Source: Eledone cirrhosa (Eukaryota). From it: 64,000 bases of DNA. Location of the stretch: the NCBI GenBank assembly GCA_964016885.1, contig OZ024742.1:213156001-213220000 (forward strand), given 5' to 3'. Below the pieces are notes generated by a model, which had not been told where the DNA came from, made no database searches, and worked only from the letters and a program-made list of their open reading frames with translations. Positions 12,153-24,080 of the stretch are shown piece by piece (within the stretch, counting starts at the first letter, position 1; each line of letters starts with the position of its first letter). The translations under genes and the position numbers were made by a program.

Positions 12153-14209
12153 AACTTCAGGCCCATAACTCTGCTCAACACAGAGTTAAAGATTTTGGCC
12201 AAGGTGTTAGCGACAAGGTTGGCGCTTGTCGTCGAGAACCTGGTAGGGAAAGCGCAAACGTGTGCAATCCCGACCAGGTCCATGCACGACAACCTCCACC
12301 TCATGCGATACATCATAGAGAGGGTGGGTAGTGAACCCTGCTTCGGTGGGGCTCTGATCAACTTGGATCAGTCTAAGGCATTCGATAGGGTCGACCATCG
12401 ATACTTGGAAACGGTTCTCAAGGCGGCTGGTTTCGGTCCCGTGTTCAGAGGATGGATCGAGGCGATGCACACCAGCATCTGCTCGAGGGTCAAGGTGAAC
12501 GGCTACCTATCGGAGCCGTTCGCAATCACGCGTTCTATTCGACAGGGGTGCCCTCTCTCCTCCATTCTGTATGTATTGACTCTAGAGCCACTACTGCGGA
12601 AATTGGAGCTGTTGCAGGGCATCCCTCTAGAACCGGGACAGTGCAAAGCGGCGTCGGCTTATGCCGACGCCGTGGCGGTAATGGTGTCGAGCACCTCGGA
12701 AATCGGGGTGATCGGCAACTTACTGAAAGAATACGAAACGCTGACGGGAGCAAAACTAAACCCGGACAAGTCTGTCGGTTTGCAACTCGGTACGTGGAGA
12801 GGCAAACCGATGACGTCCGACAGCGTCGTTGGACGCTGGACGGACGGACCGGTGAAATTGCTCGGGGTCTGGTTCGGTCCAGACCTCCAGGTGGAGAAAA
12901 ACTGGGACGAGGTCACGGCCAAGGTGTTTGCACTCACCCAGAAGTGGGCAGAGTGCAAACTGTCCTTGAAAGGTCGAGTGGAGGTGGCGAACACTTTCAT
13001 AGCGTCCGTCATCTACTACCGCTTGACTGTCGTGCCTTGTCCCCGTAAACACCTCGCCAAGATGGAACGCATGCTCTTCCAGTTTCTGTGGAAGAAGCAG
13101 GTTCCGCTGGTGAGGAGATCCGTCTGCTGTCAGCACCTTTCCAACGGAGGGCTGGGAATGCCGTGGCTGATGATGTGCAAACATGCGCTGAGGCTGTGGC
13201 ATCTCCAGGTATTCTTCACCGACCCTCAACCGGTGTGGGTACCGTTTGTGAGACAGGCTTTCCCACAGCTCGTCTCGCTGACGGAGCTGCAGTCCTGGGC
13301 GAAGAAAAGACCGAAACGATGGGCGCCTGGCACATTGAATGCGCTCAGGCGCTCACAGTCCTCTGGCAAGCGGGCGCAGCAATAAGTGGAGACTCCGCTT
13401 CAACATTCTATAGAGGTATTGTACGTTACAAGGGCGAAGACGTACTCGGAGAGACTCTGGGCGTCGAAGACGATGAGCTCACCAGTCTGTTTGGTAGGTC
13501 TTTCCGCCCGGGACCTATGGACAACTTCCAGAGGTCCCTGGCCTGGCAGTGCTACCGAGGAGCTCTCCCGGTTCGTAACAAGATCTACAGGCACGGACGC
13601 CCCGGCAGGGATCCTTCCAAGAGGACGTGTCCAAGATGCGCGCAGTACATTGAAACAGTCCTGCACGCAATTGTACACTGCCCGGGCGTAACCGACCTGT
13701 GGAACCGACCTGTCCCATATGCTGTCCCATATGCTGTCGCATATGGGACAAATCCAGTTGACTGCCCAGTCCATAGTAAGGATCAAAACGAAAGAGAGGC
13801 GGTTTTCCTCTGTACGGTGGCTATGGTGAAAGAAGTTATATGGTGGACGATGTTGAGAGGACTGAGGACATATTCCTTTCTCTCCGGACAACAATTGATT
13901 CCCTTCTTTAAGTATCACTTTAGAAGGATAATCAGAGTGGAGAGAGAGGCACTGCACCCCAGTAAATTTACTGAAAGGTGGGTGAATGAAGCGAAAATGG
14001 CCCGAGTGATTGGGCCTTCTCTGTTTATAAGCCTGTAGGTTGAGGGAGAGAGCAAAAGGAAGAAAGGAGCACTTGCACAACACGCTCCTGGAGTTGAGGG
14101 TTGTTCTATCGACGGGGTATTAAACAACCCATTTGTGGCTGTATGTAAAATCCCCGGCATGTCTTTGTATTGTCCCATTTTCTTGTGCGCCCTTGTGGCT
14201 AATAAAGAA

Positions 14210-14210
<1 letters not shown>
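12153..14210 (+). mobile_element. 5'-truncated L1/Tx1-clade LINE, copy 1 (defective)
   Basis: RT motifs NFRPITLLN, LDQSKAFDRVDH and RQGCPLS; YADA in place of YADD; frameshift near 13320; C-terminal CPRC...HAIVHC; ends AATAAAGAAA then (TCTA)n. Confidence 0.92.
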
Positions 14211-14260
<50 letters not shown>

Positions 14261-15580
14261 CAATTGTCACAGAAAGATATTGAACTGGTTTTCAAAGATT
14301 CAATGAATGATATTGCATTCATTCAAAGAAGCAAACTTTTTGGGAGTATTTCGGTACTGATGAAGGATCAATTGACGGCCCAAAATTACTCTGTGTCGCC
14401 AATTGTATCCAACCTGTACACCTTTTTCCCTACATACATGGGAAAAAGGACACAAAAGATCAGAATCACAAGTGTCACACCAAAGGTGAACATATGGTGG
14501 ATACTGTGCGGCTTCATCAATTTTGATGAAGACAGAATACTGTCAGTAGGCAAGTCCCCCAGAGATGTATTCAATGGGACTAGCATTGAAGTTCTGGTGC
14601 AAATGAGCCCAGAGCGAATAGCTATGATCCCACAGCGTGTACTCCTGGACGGACTTACCTACATAAACCTTTCGGTTGAGGGTAGGCGGCCTTCATGTTA
14701 CCATTGCTTTAGCAGGGGTCACCTGAGGGCTTCCTGTCCTAAACTAATGAACCAAAAAAAGGCTCTTCTGCCAACACCCATCAAAACAACACAACCACCA
14801 ACACCACCACTACAACAACAACACCAACACACAAAAATAACCACAACAAACACAGTCCCACCCAACCTCACTCCACCTAAAACCACTGCAAAATCACATA
14901 CAGACACAACAGCTCCCCAAGACATACCCCTCCCCAATCACACAGACGATACAACAGATGAGGCTATCTCGCCATCACCCAGTGAAGACGAGGGAGAACC
15001 CCATCGCTCGAAAAGAAAGAAAAGACATCACAAAAGCAAAAAACCAGCAAACACTACCACAAACATACAACCACCAACACAAACAACAAAAATATCACAA
15101 ACAAAACCCCCACCTCCTGAAAACAAAATACCTACAACAAAACGAAAGCACACACAAGAACTACAGACAAAAACAAACACAACACAAGAAAATTACACTT
15201 ACACTTACATAAACACTGAAAACAAAACACTAATGGAGACCATTACGAACGACCCTTCGGTTTTCACCGAAGGGAAAACTTTCGCCCACTCTATAAAAAA
15301 TAGCAAAAAAATGAACCTAAAACTGATTAGGGTCCCTATACAAACTTATAGGTCCCTAAAAGAAACATTTGAGAAGGATGTGGGGAATTCCTGCGTGAAA
15401 CCACTCAACCGCGTCCTTCTCAAATGCCTCCCCACCCCAGACACCCCCATTCCACCAGACCCCACCCCACCAAACATCTGCGTCCCCACCCCGCCGGAAA
15501 CCACCACCCATCCAGACAACCCCTCCAACACCCCCATGGAAATCGTGCGGCCTGGTCCCCAGGAGGCGAAGGGTGAGTGA
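14261..15580 (+). CDS. Tx1 ORF1p (gag-like, CCHC zinc knuckle, Pro/Thr/Lys-rich disordered C-terminus); native start missing
   Basis: VEGRRPSCYHCFSRGHLRASCP (C-x2-C-x4-H-x4-C). Open from the microsatellite junction to the stop at 15580, 33 nt before ORF2. Confidence 0.8.
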   Translation, partial: QLSQKDIELVFKDSMNDIAFIQRSKLFGSISVLMKDQLTAQNYSVSPIVSNLYTFFPTYMGKRTQKIRITSVTPKVNIWWILCGFINFDEDRILSVGKSPRDVFNGTSIEVLVQMSPERIAMIPQRVLLDGLTYINLSVEGRRPSCYHCFSRGHLRASCPKLMNQKKALLPTPIKTTQPPTPPLQQQHQHTKITTTNTVPPNLTPPKTTAKSHTDTTAPQDIPLPNHTDDTTDEAISPSPSEDEGEPHRSKRKKRHHKSKKPANTTTNIQPPTQTTKISQTKPPPPENKIPTTKRKHTQELQTKTNTTQENYTYTYINTENKTLMETITNDPSVFTEGKTFAHSIKNSKKMNLKLIRVPIQTYRSLKETFEKDVGNSCVKPLNRVLLKCLPTPDTPIPPDPTPPNICVPTPPETTTHPDNPSNTPMEIVRPGPQEAKGE

Positions 15581-15613
15581 TCTCTTTTCCTCTTTTAACT
15601 TTTCAGCACCAAC

Positions 15614-18600
15614 ATGGCCAATATAAGAGTTGGATGTGTGAACGTACGCGGCCTGGGGATGCCCTGGAAACAGGGCAAACTCTTAAACGACCTCAGGTCG
15701 CACAGTTTGGATGTGGTAGCCATTTGCGAGTCCAGGATCCACGGCGAGCGACAGCTGGCCCCCATCTTCGATGACTTTGAGATCTACGCATCTCTCTGTC
15801 AACCGGGGGGTGGGGGCGGAGTTGCCGTTTTGCTGCGGAAACACCTGGGCCTCGTAACACAGACGGTACATCTGGACCCGGAGGGTCGACTGGTGGTCCT
15901 AGACGTTGACGGTAGTGAAGGTGGAGCGTTCAGGCTGGTGGCCGCATATGCCCCATCCGGGACACCGCGGCCAGACTTCTTCAAACGTCTAGAGACTTTT
16001 CTGGGAACGTCCCGCTCCTTGCTTTTAGTGGGGGACTGGAATGGAATCCTAGATGCACGTTGGGACTATGTGGGAGCATGTCCCGATAAAGGGGGGTGTA
16101 ACAGCCTCAAACAGTTAATCGACCGATTTGACCTGGCCGATAGATATCGACTAGATTTTCCGACTGCGCCACTGTGGACGTGGAGTAATCGTAGCGGAAC
16201 ATCTAGATCGTACCTAGATAGGGTTCTAGTTAGAAATAAGGATAGGGACATGTTAAGCTGTCCACAAATGTTCATGGTTGCCTATTCAGATCACAAACTA
16301 GTGACCTGCATGGCCAACCTTGATAGAACCCATAGACAAGGACCCGGCTACTGGAAGCTGAACTTGTCGTTACCGACAAGCAAAGCCTACAGTAGACGGA
16401 TTAGCACTTTAGTTAAACAGCACTTGACAGGGGCCATTGTCAACAACAGATGGTGGTACTCTCTCAAGAGGGCAGTTAGATTAGACTCGATAGTTTTTAG
16501 TAAAGAATTAGCGTTAGATAGAAATAGAACCGAGAAGGAACTGGTAGATAAAGTAGAAGAGGCTATTAGAAGTGGCAACGTAGCCAGCGTGCTAGCAACG
16601 AGAACGGCCTTGGACCAGTTCTTCGACGCAAAGCACGAGGGCTGCGTTGTCAGAAGCAAAATACGTGCTCTGGGAAACGAGGGAGCCAAAGCTGTTGGCT
16701 GGGCCCGAGTGACGGAGGCAAAAAGTGGCAACAAGTCCACGATTCGGTCTTTGAAGGACCAAAACGGACGCGTGATACGTGAGCCGAAGCAGATGTGTGC
16801 GGCTTTTCAGCGGCACTTTGCTCGGCTGTTCGGGGGGAGCGGCGCGCCGGGAGAGGCTATGGATTTCGGTCCATACCTCGACGGCCTACCGCGACTCTCG
16901 GACAACGAGGCGAAGTTCTGCGAAAAGCCGATTTCAGCCACTGAGATAGGGGACGCGCTGAGCCAATGCGGCAAACGCAAATCTCCAGGTCTCGACGGTC
17001 TACCCTACGAATTTTACGTAGCAATGCCGGACTTATTCTCCGGTCTCCTGGAAGCGGTCTACTGCAACTGGCAACAGAACGGGAGAATTCCCAATTCTGT
17101 AACCGGGGGCGTGGTCACACTAATCAGGAAGGACGAGAATAAGGGGGATGACATAGGCAACTTCCGGCCCATAACTCTGCTAAACACAGAGTTACAGATT
17201 TTGGCCAAGGTGTTGGCAAAGAGGCTGGCGCTTGTCGTCGAGAACCTGGTGGGAGAAGCGCAGACATGCGCGATCCCGACCAGGTCCATACACGACAACC
17301 TCCACCTCATGCGATACATCATAGAGAGGGTAGGGTGTAAACCCGGCTTCGGTGGGGCCCTGATCAACTTGGATCAGTCTAAGGCTTTCGATAGGGTTGA
17401 CCATCGTTACCTGGATGCGGTGCTCGAGGCGGCAGGCTTCGGACCCGTGTTCAGGGGCTGGATTGCTGCAATGCACAACAGCAACATCTGCTCAAGGGTC
17501 AAGGTGAACGGTTACCTCTCGGAGCCGTTCCATATTACGCGATCCATTCGACAGGGATGCCCTCTCTCCTCCCTTCTGTACGTACTGACTCTCGAGCCAC
17601 TACTGCGGAAGCTGGAGCTATTGCAGGGCATCCCTCTGGAACCGGGACTGCGGAAAGCGGCGTCGGCCTACGCCGACGACGTGACAGTAATGGTGTCGAG
17701 CGCCTCGCAAATCGAGGAAGTCGGCACCTTACTAAAGGAATACGAAAGTCTCACAGGAGCGAAGCTGAACCGGGACAAGTCCATCGGTTTGCAACTCGGA
17801 TCGTGGAGAGGCAGACCGATGCCTTCCGATGGCGTCGTCGGACGCTGGACGGAAGGACCGGTAAAGCTGCTCGGGGTCTGGTTTGGTCCGGACCTCCAGG
17901 TGGAGAAGAACTGGAACGAAGTGACGGCCAAGGTGTTTGCACTCACCCAGAAGTGGGCCGAGTGCAAACTATCCTTGAAAGGTCGAGCGGAGGTGGCGAA
18001 CAGTTTTATAGCGTCCGCCATCTACTACCGCTTGACCGTCGTGCCTTGTCCAGCCAAAACGCTCGCCAAAATGGAGCGCGCCCTCTTCCGATTCCTTTGG
18101 AAGAGGCGGGCTCCTTTGGTAAGAAGATCCATCTGCTGCCAACACCCTTCTAACGGAGGGCTGGGGATGCCGTGGTTGACGATGCGCAAACACGCGCTCA
18201 GGCTGCGGCATCTCTACGTATTCCTCACCGGACAACCGGTGTGGGCCCCGTTCGTGAGGCGAGCCTTCCCACGACTCGTCTCGCTGACCGAGCTGCAGTC
18301 CTGGGTCAAGCAGAGACCGAGGAAAATGGGCGACTGGCACATCGAATGTGCTCAGGCGCTCACAGCCCTCTGGCAGGCGGACCCGGCGATCAGTGGAGAC
18401 TCCACTTCGTCATTCTATAGAGGGTTGGTCCGCAGCAAGTGCGACGACGCGCTCGGTGAAACTCTAGGCGTGGAGGAAGATGAACTGGCCAGTCTGTTCG
18501 GTAGGACCTTCCGCCCGGGACCGATGGACAACTTCCAAAAGTCCCTGGCCTGGCAGTGCTACCGAGGAGCTCTACCAGTTCGAGACAAGCTCTACAGACA

Positions 18601-19051
18601 TGGGCGCCCGGGCAGGGACCCTGCAAAAAAGATCTGTCCGAGGTGCGTGCGAGACGAAGAAACCGTCGCGCACGCATTCATACACTGCCCGGGCGTCACT
18701 GACCTGTGGGGCTATGTGGAACGACTATTGTCGCGGGTGGGACCAATCCAGTTGACCACCGAGTCCATTGTCATGATCAAACCGCCACCCTCCTTCAAAA
18801 ACGAAGGAGAGGCGGTTTTCCTTTGTGTGATAGCTATGGCGAAAGAGGTTGTATGGTGGACAAGGTTGAAAGGGCTGAGGTCAGACACCTTTCTCTCCGG
18901 CCAACAACTGATTCTTTTTTTCAAATACCACTTTGGAAGAAGAATCAGGATGGAGAGAGAGGTGCTGTACCCCAGCAAGTTTTATGAAAGGTGGGTGAAA
19001 GTGGCGAGAATGGCCCGAGTGAATGGGCCTTCTCTCTATATCAGCCTGTAG
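15614..19051 (+). CDS. Tx1 ORF2p: AP-like endonuclease + reverse transcriptase + C-terminal zinc knuckle (1145 aa)
   Basis: APE motifs CVNVRGL, ICES, AYAP, GDWN, YLDRV, SDHK; GPGYWKLN; KSPGLDGLP; NFRPITLLN; KAFDRVDH; RQGCPLS; YADD; KLLGVWF; GGLG; CPRC-x6-HAFIHC. No stops. Confidence 0.96.
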   Translation: MANIRVGCVNVRGLGMPWKQGKLLNDLRSHSLDVVAICESRIHGERQLAPIFDDFEIYASLCQPGGGGGVAVLLRKHLGLVTQTVHLDPEGRLVVLDVDGSEGGAFRLVAAYAPSGTPRPDFFKRLETFLGTSRSLLLVGDWNGILDARWDYVGACPDKGGCNSLKQLIDRFDLADRYRLDFPTAPLWTWSNRSGTSRSYLDRVLVRNKDRDMLSCPQMFMVAYSDHKLVTCMANLDRTHRQGPGYWKLNLSLPTSKAYSRRISTLVKQHLTGAIVNNRWWYSLKRAVRLDSIVFSKELALDRNRTEKELVDKVEEAIRSGNVASVLATRTALDQFFDAKHEGCVVRSKIRALGNEGAKAVGWARVTEAKSGNKSTIRSLKDQNGRVIREPKQMCAAFQRHFARLFGGSGAPGEAMDFGPYLDGLPRLSDNEAKFCEKPISATEIGDALSQCGKRKSPGLDGLPYEFYVAMPDLFSGLLEAVYCNWQQNGRIPNSVTGGVVTLIRKDENKGDDIGNFRPITLLNTELQILAKVLAKRLALVVENLVGEAQTCAIPTRSIHDNLHLMRYIIERVGCKPGFGGALINLDQSKAFDRVDHRYLDAVLEAAGFGPVFRGWIAAMHNSNICSRVKVNGYLSEPFHITRSIRQGCPLSSLLYVLTLEPLLRKLELLQGIPLEPGLRKAASAYADDVTVMVSSASQIEEVGTLLKEYESLTGAKLNRDKSIGLQLGSWRGRPMPSDGVVGRWTEGPVKLLGVWFGPDLQVEKNWNEVTAKVFALTQKWAECKLSLKGRAEVANSFIASAIYYRLTVVPCPAKTLAKMERALFRFLWKRRAPLVRRSICCQHPSNGGLGMPWLTMRKHALRLRHLYVFLTGQPVWAPFVRRAFPRLVSLTELQSWVKQRPRKMGDWHIECAQALTALWQADPAISGDSTSSFYRGLVRSKCDDALGETLGVEEDELASLFGRTFRPGPMDNFQKSLAWQCYRGALPVRDKLYRHGRPGRDPAKKICPRCVRDEETVAHAFIHCPGVTDLWGYVERLLSRVGPIQLTTESIVMIKPPPSFKNEGEAVFLCVIAMAKEVVWWTRLKGLRSDTFLSGQQLILFFKYHFGRRIRMEREVLYPSKFYERWVKVARMARVNGPSLYISL

Positions 19052-19290
19052 GTTGAGGAAAAGGAGGAGGAGAGGAAGGGAGTACAAGCTCTTCGTACTC
19101 CTGGAGATGAGGGTTGCACATTTTTTTCGGGGGTCTGTGTTACCCATATAAACTGTCTCCCTCTATTGGGGAAAATCGACTAACTTTTAAATTCCATCTG
19201 TGATAACATTTTACACGTTTTTATTGTATGTAAACTTCCCCCTTTGTATTTGTCCCCTTCTTTTGTGCCCCTGTGGCTAATAAAGAAATA

Positions 19291-19339
<49 letters not shown>

Positions 19340-19362
19340 GTCTATCTATCTATCTATCTATC

Positions 19363-20158
19363 GAATATGCTCAGGCGCTCACAGCCCTCTGGCAAGCGGA
19401 CCCGGCGATCAGTGGAGACTCCACTTCGTCATTCTATAGAGGGTTGGTCCGCAGCAAGTGCGACGACGCGCTCGGAGAAACTTTAGGCGTAGACGAAGAC
19501 GAACTGGCCAGTCTCTTCAGTAGGACCTTCCTCCCGGGACAGATGGACAACTTCCAAAAGTCCCTGGCCTGGTAGTGCTACCGAGGAGCTCTACCAGTTC
19601 GAGACAAGCTCTACAGACATGGGCGACGGGCAGGGACCCTTCGAAAAAGATCTGTCCGAGATGCGTGCGAGACGAAGAAACCGTCGCGCACGCATTCGTA
19701 CACTGCCCGGGCGTTACCGACCTGTGGTGCTATGTAGAACGACTATTGTCGCGGGTGGGACCAATCCAGTTGACCATCGAGTCCATTGTCATGATCAAAC
19801 CGCCACCCTCCTTCAAAAGCGAAGAGAGAGGTGCTGTACCCCAGCAAGTTTTATGAAAGGTGGGTGAAAGTGGCGAGAGTGGCCCGAGTAAATGGGCCTT
19901 CTCTCTATATCAGCCTGTAGGTTGAGGAAAAAGAGGGAAACATGAAAGAGGTACTTACTCTTCTTACTCCTGGAGATGAGGGTTGCACATTTTTCCGGGG
20001 GTATGTGTTACCCATATGTAATGTCTCCCCCTATTGGGTAAAATCCATTAATTTTTAAATTGCATTTGTGATAGTATTTTACACGTTTTTATTGTATGTA
20101 AACTTCCCCCTTTGTATTTGTCCCCTTCTTTTATGTTCCTGTGGTTAATAAAGAAACA
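19363..20158 (+). mobile_element. 5'-truncated Tx1 copy 3 with internal deletion
   Basis: Closely matches 18343-19290 apart from a deletion of about 150 bp at a GAGAG microhomology near 19823. Flanked by (TCTA)n at 19291-19362 and 20159-20255. Confidence 0.92.
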
Positions 20159-20530
<372 letters not shown>

Positions 20531-20564
20531 TTGTGTGATGTGGAGAGATTATTCCACGTCTTCA

Positions 20565-21085
20565 AAGTACTTAGCTTTGATAAGTACCAAAAGGTAAGAA
20601 ACATAGATCTGTCAGCTTTATCTCCCCCTGTTTGCTGAAAATTTAAAGTAAGTGAGACTGTCACTACTCTAAAACAATAGCGTAAGGTCTTCGAAATGCT
20701 TTTAATTAAGCATACAGTGTATTGCAAAATACACTATATATACATTCATAGCACCAATTCTAATTTTCAATTTCTGCTTGACCGGCAACCGCTCTGTATA
20801 ATCAGTTCCTGATAATTACTAGAATTCTATAAGAATCAAACATTCATGATTTTCAGCAAACAGGTGGAGTACTTTGCTTTGATAAGTACCAAAAAGTAAG
20901 AAACAGAGGTCTGTCAGTTTTATCTCGCCCTGTTTGCTGAAAATGTAAAGTAAGTGAGACTATCACTACTCTAAAACAATAGCGTAAGGTCTTCGAAATG
21001 CTTTTAATTAAGCATACAGTGTATTGCAAAATACACTATATATACATTCATATATATATCGCTATTTCAGAGCACCAATTCTAAT
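20565..21085 (+). repeat. Direct duplication of about 200 bp (20565-20765 and 20868-21085)
   Basis: AGTACTTAGCTTTGATAAGTACCAAAA...CATTCATA...AGCACCAATTCTAAT occurs twice. Confidence 0.85.
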
Positions 21086-21087
21086 AT

Positions 21088-21121
<34 letters not shown>

Positions 21122-21653
21122 GTAAGTATGTATACACACAACCACACACTAATGATATATATATATGATATATGAAATATATATGATATATATATATGTA
21201 TATATATATATGTACGTACGTATACACACAAATGCATACACGTTCATGATGTGTGTAACAGAGCGAGAGAAAGAGAGAGAGAGAGTGAGAGAGGGGGAGG
21301 GAGAGGAGAGAGAGAAAGTGCGAGAGAGAAAGGACCGATGACTGTATGTCGTATAAATGCAGTGAAATTGTATATATTAAGTATACATTTTGCATCACTG
21401 TGAAAGACGACTCATGCGTCGTTTGATAAATAACATTTGAAATATCATTTTGTCTGAAGAAATCACGATATCTATCGTCATTGAAATATGTATAACGGAT
21501 CAATTAATCTTCAACATTTTATTAATAAACTCCGTCATTCTTGTATACAGAATGTATATCGTTCCATCTTGACGTAATAGTCACTTATATACTTATATGT
21601 TTGAATTACTGTTGGCTTCTTGCTCACATTAATTTCTCTATTTTCATTTATAT

Positions 21654-21720
<67 letters not shown>

Positions 21721-21810
21721 GGGGGTGGGGGTGGGGTTGGGTGTGTGGGTGTAAATCTGAGTTTTTCGAATACTATTAATAATATTCGATTCGTTTATAT
21801 ATATATATAT

Positions 21811-22147
21811 ATATATGTATGTATAACAAGTAGTTTTATCACTCCACGTGGCTGAATACAAGAAATGTAAATGTGAGTTTTTCGAATATTAATAATAATG
21901 TTCGATTCATTTGCAATTATGCAAACAGCCTCTTTAAGCCATGTCAGTAGAATGACCCCCCGTCATTGTCGCTCTTGTGTTGGCATATAGACCAACACAA
22001 AAGCGAGAATGCGGGTTCATTCTACTGACATAGCTTAAAGAGGCTGTTTGCATAATTGCAAATGAATCGAACATTATTATTAATATTCGAAAAACTCACA
22101 TTTACATTTCTTGTATTCAGCCACGTGGAGTGATAAAACTATTTGTT

Positions 22148-22160
<13 letters not shown>
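21811..22160. mobile_element. Fold-back element with about 170-bp arms, flanked by (TA)n
   Basis: Arms 21811-21983/21992-22160. Related sequence at 21750-21795, 22190-22320 and 22990-23165. Confidence 0.8.
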
Positions 22161-22178
<18 letters not shown>

Positions 22179-22327
22179 ATAAAAAAAAATTATCGCTCTA
22201 CATGGCTGAATGCAATAAATAATAATATTCGATTTGTTTGTAAATATGCAAACAGATTCATTTTTAAAGCCATGTCAGTAGAATGAGCCAATCATTCTTG
22301 CTCTTGTGTTGGCATGTAAACAGAACT

Positions 22328-22367
22328 GCAGATACTAATGTTTCTGAGTATTACCCATCATCAGTAC
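22328..22367 (-). ncRNA. Type I hammerhead motif
   Basis: Minus strand: GTA-CTGATGA-TGGGTAATACTCA-GAAA-CATTAGTATC-TGC. Confidence 0.5.
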
Positions 22368-22581
22368 TCTTCACTGGTCACCTACCAACTGTCAGAGCTA
22401 GTGAAAATATATGATATTTTCTAAAATATACAGTGACTGATCGGCCAGATTTGCATATTAGCAGACTGGCTAATCATTCAGATCTGCATATTAGCAGATC
22501 CACTGATCAGCCAGATTTGCATATCAGCAGACAGGCTAGTCAGTTTCCTGTATACGAGCGATAATATTATTATTAATATGT

Positions 22582-22990
22582 AGGGTGGTGGATTGGCAGT
22601 ATCGGTAGAGCGTCTGACGCCATGCTTTACAGCAAAGAGTTACGGACCTTTATGGCCTGAGTTCAAATCCCGCCGAGGCTAACTTTGCCTTTCATCTTTA
22701 CGAGGTCGATAAAATAAAGTACCAGTCACGCACTGGGGTCGATTTAATCGACTTTCCCTTCCCGAAAATTGATGGCTCTGTGCCTATATAAGAAACCATT
22801 GGATTGGCAGTATCGGTGGAGAGTCAGACGCCATGCTTTCCAGCATAGTTACGTCCCTTTACGGTCTGAGTTCAAATCTCACCGGGGTTAACTTTGCCTT
22901 TCATCCTTACGGGGTCGATAAAATAAAGTACCAGTAATGCACTGGGTAATTGCTGGCCTTGTGCCTAACGTAGAAACAATTATTATTATT
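22582..22990 (+). mobile_element. Two tandem SINE family A copies
   Basis: Copies at 22582-22800 and 22800-22990. Confidence 0.85.
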
Positions 22991-23086
22991 ATTCGAAATA
23001 CTCAGATTACATTTATTGTATTCAGCCATGTAGAGCGATAATCTTTTTAATTTTATTTATTTGAATATGGAAAATCCGGCCATTAA

Positions 23087-23127
23087 TCGCTGATGAAGGG
23101 TGATACCCAGAAACATTAGTGTCTGCA
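23087..23127 (+). ncRNA. Type I hammerhead motif
   Basis: CTGATGA-AGGGTGATACCCA-GAAA-CATTAGT-GTC-TGC. Homologue of 22328-22367 in the opposite orientation. Confidence 0.55.
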
Positions 23128-23162
23128 GTTCTGTTTATTAATATTCGAAAAGCTCAGATTAC

Positions 23163-23307
<145 letters not shown>

Positions 23308-23685
23308 TAGATATTAGTTTAACAATGATGATAATAACGAAGGCAAGTTATTTTACCTATTCATTTCATTGTTTTATGATCGTTTTGGAGGATTGATCAT
23401 ATTGATATATTGACTGATCTATAACAGTTAGTGAACTGTTTACTATGAGACATCATATATAGGTTCGATCATACAGTCTTCTTCGGAATATGTAAGATAA
23501 CTTGCTTCCGTTATTATTATCATTGTGAAACTAATATCTAATATATCAGACTCTGTATCTGAAGGATTGACTCAGCGAAACATGGAAGCAATCTCTGGAT
23601 CTCACTGAATTACTTGCTAACGGATTACATTGAATTCTAACTACGGTATAGACCCTACCACAAAAGGTAGACCTATATATATATA

Positions 23686-23724
<39 letters not shown>

Positions 23725-23830
23725 TAGTACATTTACCAACATATGTGTACAGATGTTCACCTATGCTAGCAAATATATATGTTATGTCTTAGTACCTTTG
23801 TGGTTCTATGCAGGGGGATGCAGAACAATT

Positions 23831-23985
23831 ATATGAAAGACGTAAAATAAGAAAATTTTAAAAATTAAAAATCATCTTACTTACTTACAACTTACAACTT
23901 ACAACAACTTACAACTAATTAGTTGGAGTGAAAATTTTAGTAAGTAAGTTGACTTTTAATTTTTAAAATTTTCCTATTTTACGTC

Positions 23986-23992
<7 letters not shown>
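23831..23992. repeat. Imperfect fold-back next to (TA)n
   Basis: ATATGAAAGACGTAAAATAAGAAAATTTTAAAA...TTACTTACT versus AGTAAGTAA...TTTTAAAATTTTCCTATTTTACGTCTTTCATAT. Confidence 0.7.

Positions 23993-24080
<88 letters not shown>

Larger units (their letters stand above)
14261..19290 (+). mobile_element. Near full-length L1/Tx1-clade LINE, copy 2 (ORF1 5'-truncated, ORF2 intact)
   Basis: ORF1 + ORF2 + 3' UTR, bounded on both sides by (TCTA)n. Confidence 0.95.

Noticed and set aside
12149-19147. Alternative-frame and antisense ORFs overlapping Tx1 ORF2 (e.g. 12452-13048, 17557-18153, 13400-14083)
   Set aside because: Expected shadows of GC-rich coding DNA. Their recurrence is explained by copy homology, and they have no motifs.
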